Of a DNA stretch of 64,000 nt, positions 61,605 through 64,000 are shown piece after piece. Every line of letters begins with the position of its first letter. Positions within the stretch are counted from its first letter, which is position 1. Made by a program: the position numbers and the translations under genes. The notes beneath the pieces were generated by a model. It did not search any database. It was not told the origin of the DNA and saw only the letters and a program-made list of their open reading frames with translations. Origin of the DNA: Vicugna vicugna (lineage: Eukaryota); assembly GCA_013265495.1 (NCBI GenBank), contig MU058198.1:5471779-5535778 (forward strand), read 5' to 3'.

Positions 61605-63439
61605 TGGAGATAAGGCACTCTTGGTCGCCTACAAGCCAAGCAGCTGGCCATGATGCCACTCTGCTGTCGCCCCCTTGAACACAAAGCCAGAAACAGAGAT
61701 GGGACCTCTGAGTGCATCCTGTCTACCTTCCTTAGTGTAGAGATGGGCCAGAGAAGTTAAGTAACTGGCCTGAGGTCACACAGCAAACCAGCAGTGGGCT
61801 GTCTCCTTAGAGTTGCATGCATTCTAGATTTCCGGGCGGTCTTCTCTGTGTGTGACCTGGATTGGGGTCCCCAGGGCTACAGGGCTGTGATGTGGAAAAG
61901 TGTCCATCTGATTCTGGCCTCCTCCTCACACACATCCAAGACCCTCTACCGTAAAAAGCAGGTGACTATTAGGCAGAGCCAGGTATCCCCACTTTCCTGC
62001 TTGGCCAGTGGGAGTAGATGGCACCGGGATGTCTGAGACAGACAGGCTGGTAGAGGCAGAAGACAAGGGGAGTGGGGTTCAGGGAGGGCTTCCCAGGGAG
62101 GGAAGGGCTCTAGTTGCGGCTTGAAGGTTGAGTAGGTGTCTGAGGGGCAGACGATGAGGAGGGAGGGCAAGGTGAGATGGAGGACCACGTGAGCAGTGCT
62201 GGTGGCGGGGAGAGAATGGTCCCCATTCTGAGAACAGCTCACACAACCAGGCTGTCATGTTCACACCTGGACACCAGGGGGAGACACTGGAGAGAGGCAG
62301 GACCAGATGATAAAAGGTCTTCAAGAGAAGGGCCGTGGGGAGCCAGTGAAGACTTCAGAGAAGGGAGGGACATGGTCAGACTTGCGTTTGGAAAAGCTTC
62401 CTCTAGCAGCAACAAGGAACGTGCATTGGAGGGAAACACAGCAGCAGGGAGAGGGCAGGGAGGCGGCCAGTGTGGCACCTGGGCCAAGACGAAGAGTGAG
62501 AACTAACAGCCCACTGAGAGAGGGAGGGACCTGCCCTGCCCTCCAGTAGTTCCAGGGTGAGTGGCAGAGGCTGCCATCACCAAGAGAGAGACACACGGGA
62601 GGGAGACCACATGGTGGGGGGGGGGAGACCGTGAATGTCACTGGGAATGAGTCGAAGGTGACAGTCTCTGTGCAACCTCAGAGGGGCAGGAGCACTCCAG
62701 GAAGAGGTATTCATGAGACTCGTTGGCTAAAGAAAAGATACCTGGCCCGTGGGAAGGTGCCAGTGGAATCCAGAATGCTGCCGAGCGAAAACACATAGAG
62801 CGAGGAGAGAAGAAACGGACGGTAACAGGGGCGGTATTTTGGGCAGTGCTGGACGCTACGTACTGAGACAGGCGCACAACGGCTGGTAACGATGCTTCCT
62901 CCAGCCTCCTAGAGCCCCCTGCCCACCACCCTAGCCAGCTCACCCGGGGTGCCAAATGGTAGCTTAACATTGCGACTCTGTGAGTGTGTGCGTCCCCCCG
63001 CACACGCACGCATGCACATACACGTGGGTCTGGAGGGACACTGCTAAACGTAGGATCATATTACACATACCTTTCTGCCTTGGATACTCAACTGTGCCTC
63101 ATGGAAATCCCTCCAGTTCACCTAATGGACACTAACTGTTCATAACCGCTACACAATAAACCATGGTGTGAACGTACCATAATGTATTCAGCCATTCTTT
63201 TTCAGCCCCTGATTTGGTAATGTTTGGGGGGCAATGAGCTGGGACCCAGGAGAGAAAAGAAAAAGAGACTGAAGATGCAGAAACAAGAAAGGAGGAAATG
63301 ATGAGGGGCCCCTGAGAAGGTGGAAGGGAGCCTGGAGAGGGACTTGCCATTAACAGAAGGTAAAGTGCCTGAACACAGTGGGTCAGTGCAGCTGGGATGA
63401 GCTGTGTCTTTTCCACTGTGCCCATTCATTCTGGCTCCC

Positions 63440-63740
63440 CCATTAGTGTATCTCCCCCAAACCCACAGCCTGGCTGAGCATCTTAGAATGACATGATCTG
63501 CTCCCTCTGCTCAATAACTCCAGGAATAAAGATGCAAACACTTTCCCACTGCCATAGGGAGCCCAGCAACTACTTCCCTCTCCAACTTCAGGCTGCATCA
63601 TCTCATCTTTGCTCCCCGGACTCCAGCCATTCTGACTTTCTTTCTGTTCCATAAAGGTACCATGATTCCTTCCTGCCCCGGGGACTTTGCACATGCTGTT
63701 CTTACCACGTAAAATGCTTTGCCAACCTTCACCTAATCTC
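63440..63740 (+). mobile_element. L2 fragment
   Basis: 'ctccagccattctgacttt...ggactttgcacatgctgttc'. Confidence 0.7.
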
Positions 63741-64000
63741 TTTAGAGGGTCTTAGAGTAACTATCAAAATACTGCCTGAGATTCTCTTAAGATCATATCA
63801 TGAGGATGCCCTCATTGTGCATGGGGTTAATACATTCTGGCTGTAAGCTAAAGAAGGTAAACTAAAAACCTCCCATTTTCCTCTGTGAAAAAGACTGGAC
63901 ATGGGGAAGGAGAATTATGCAGTGGTTGAAGGTCTTCCTAGTGACAGCTGCTCTTAGTTTTAGCATTATACTTGCTTGCTTTTCTGATGTATGGATATAG

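Noticed and set aside
1..64000. CRISPR array, operon or other prokaryotic or viral system
   Set aside because: No repeat-spacer array and no dense long ORFs; composition and repeats are mammalian throughout.

Overview
Mammalian, CpG-depleted, repeat-rich genomic DNA with no recognisable protein-coding exon, structural RNA gene or CpG island; it reads as a gene desert or very large intron. The host is most likely a camelid (alpaca, llama or camel). This rests on a tRNA-derived SINE resembling the camelid Vic-1 family, young L1 3' ends, and no Alu, B1/B2, Bov-A/BovB, PRE-1 or CanSINE seen by eye. Much of the window is ancient eutherian repeats (MIR, L2, MaLR/ERVL solo LTRs, hAT MITEs, old L1) plus microsatellites. 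The ORF track is noise apart from L1 ORF2 C-terminal remnants. I found no convincing novel gene system. The best leads are: (1) a recent ~480-bp direct duplication of an enhancer-like block around an unrelated 128-bp spacer; (2) three young L1 inserts truncated at almost the same point; (3) a nested palindrome carrying paired PBX-HOX sites; (4) a hairpin directly behind a strong splice acceptor; (5) several repeat-free, homeodomain-motif-rich blocks that look like developmental enhancers. Repeat family names come from recalled consensus similarity, not a database search, and boundaries of old repeats are approximate.
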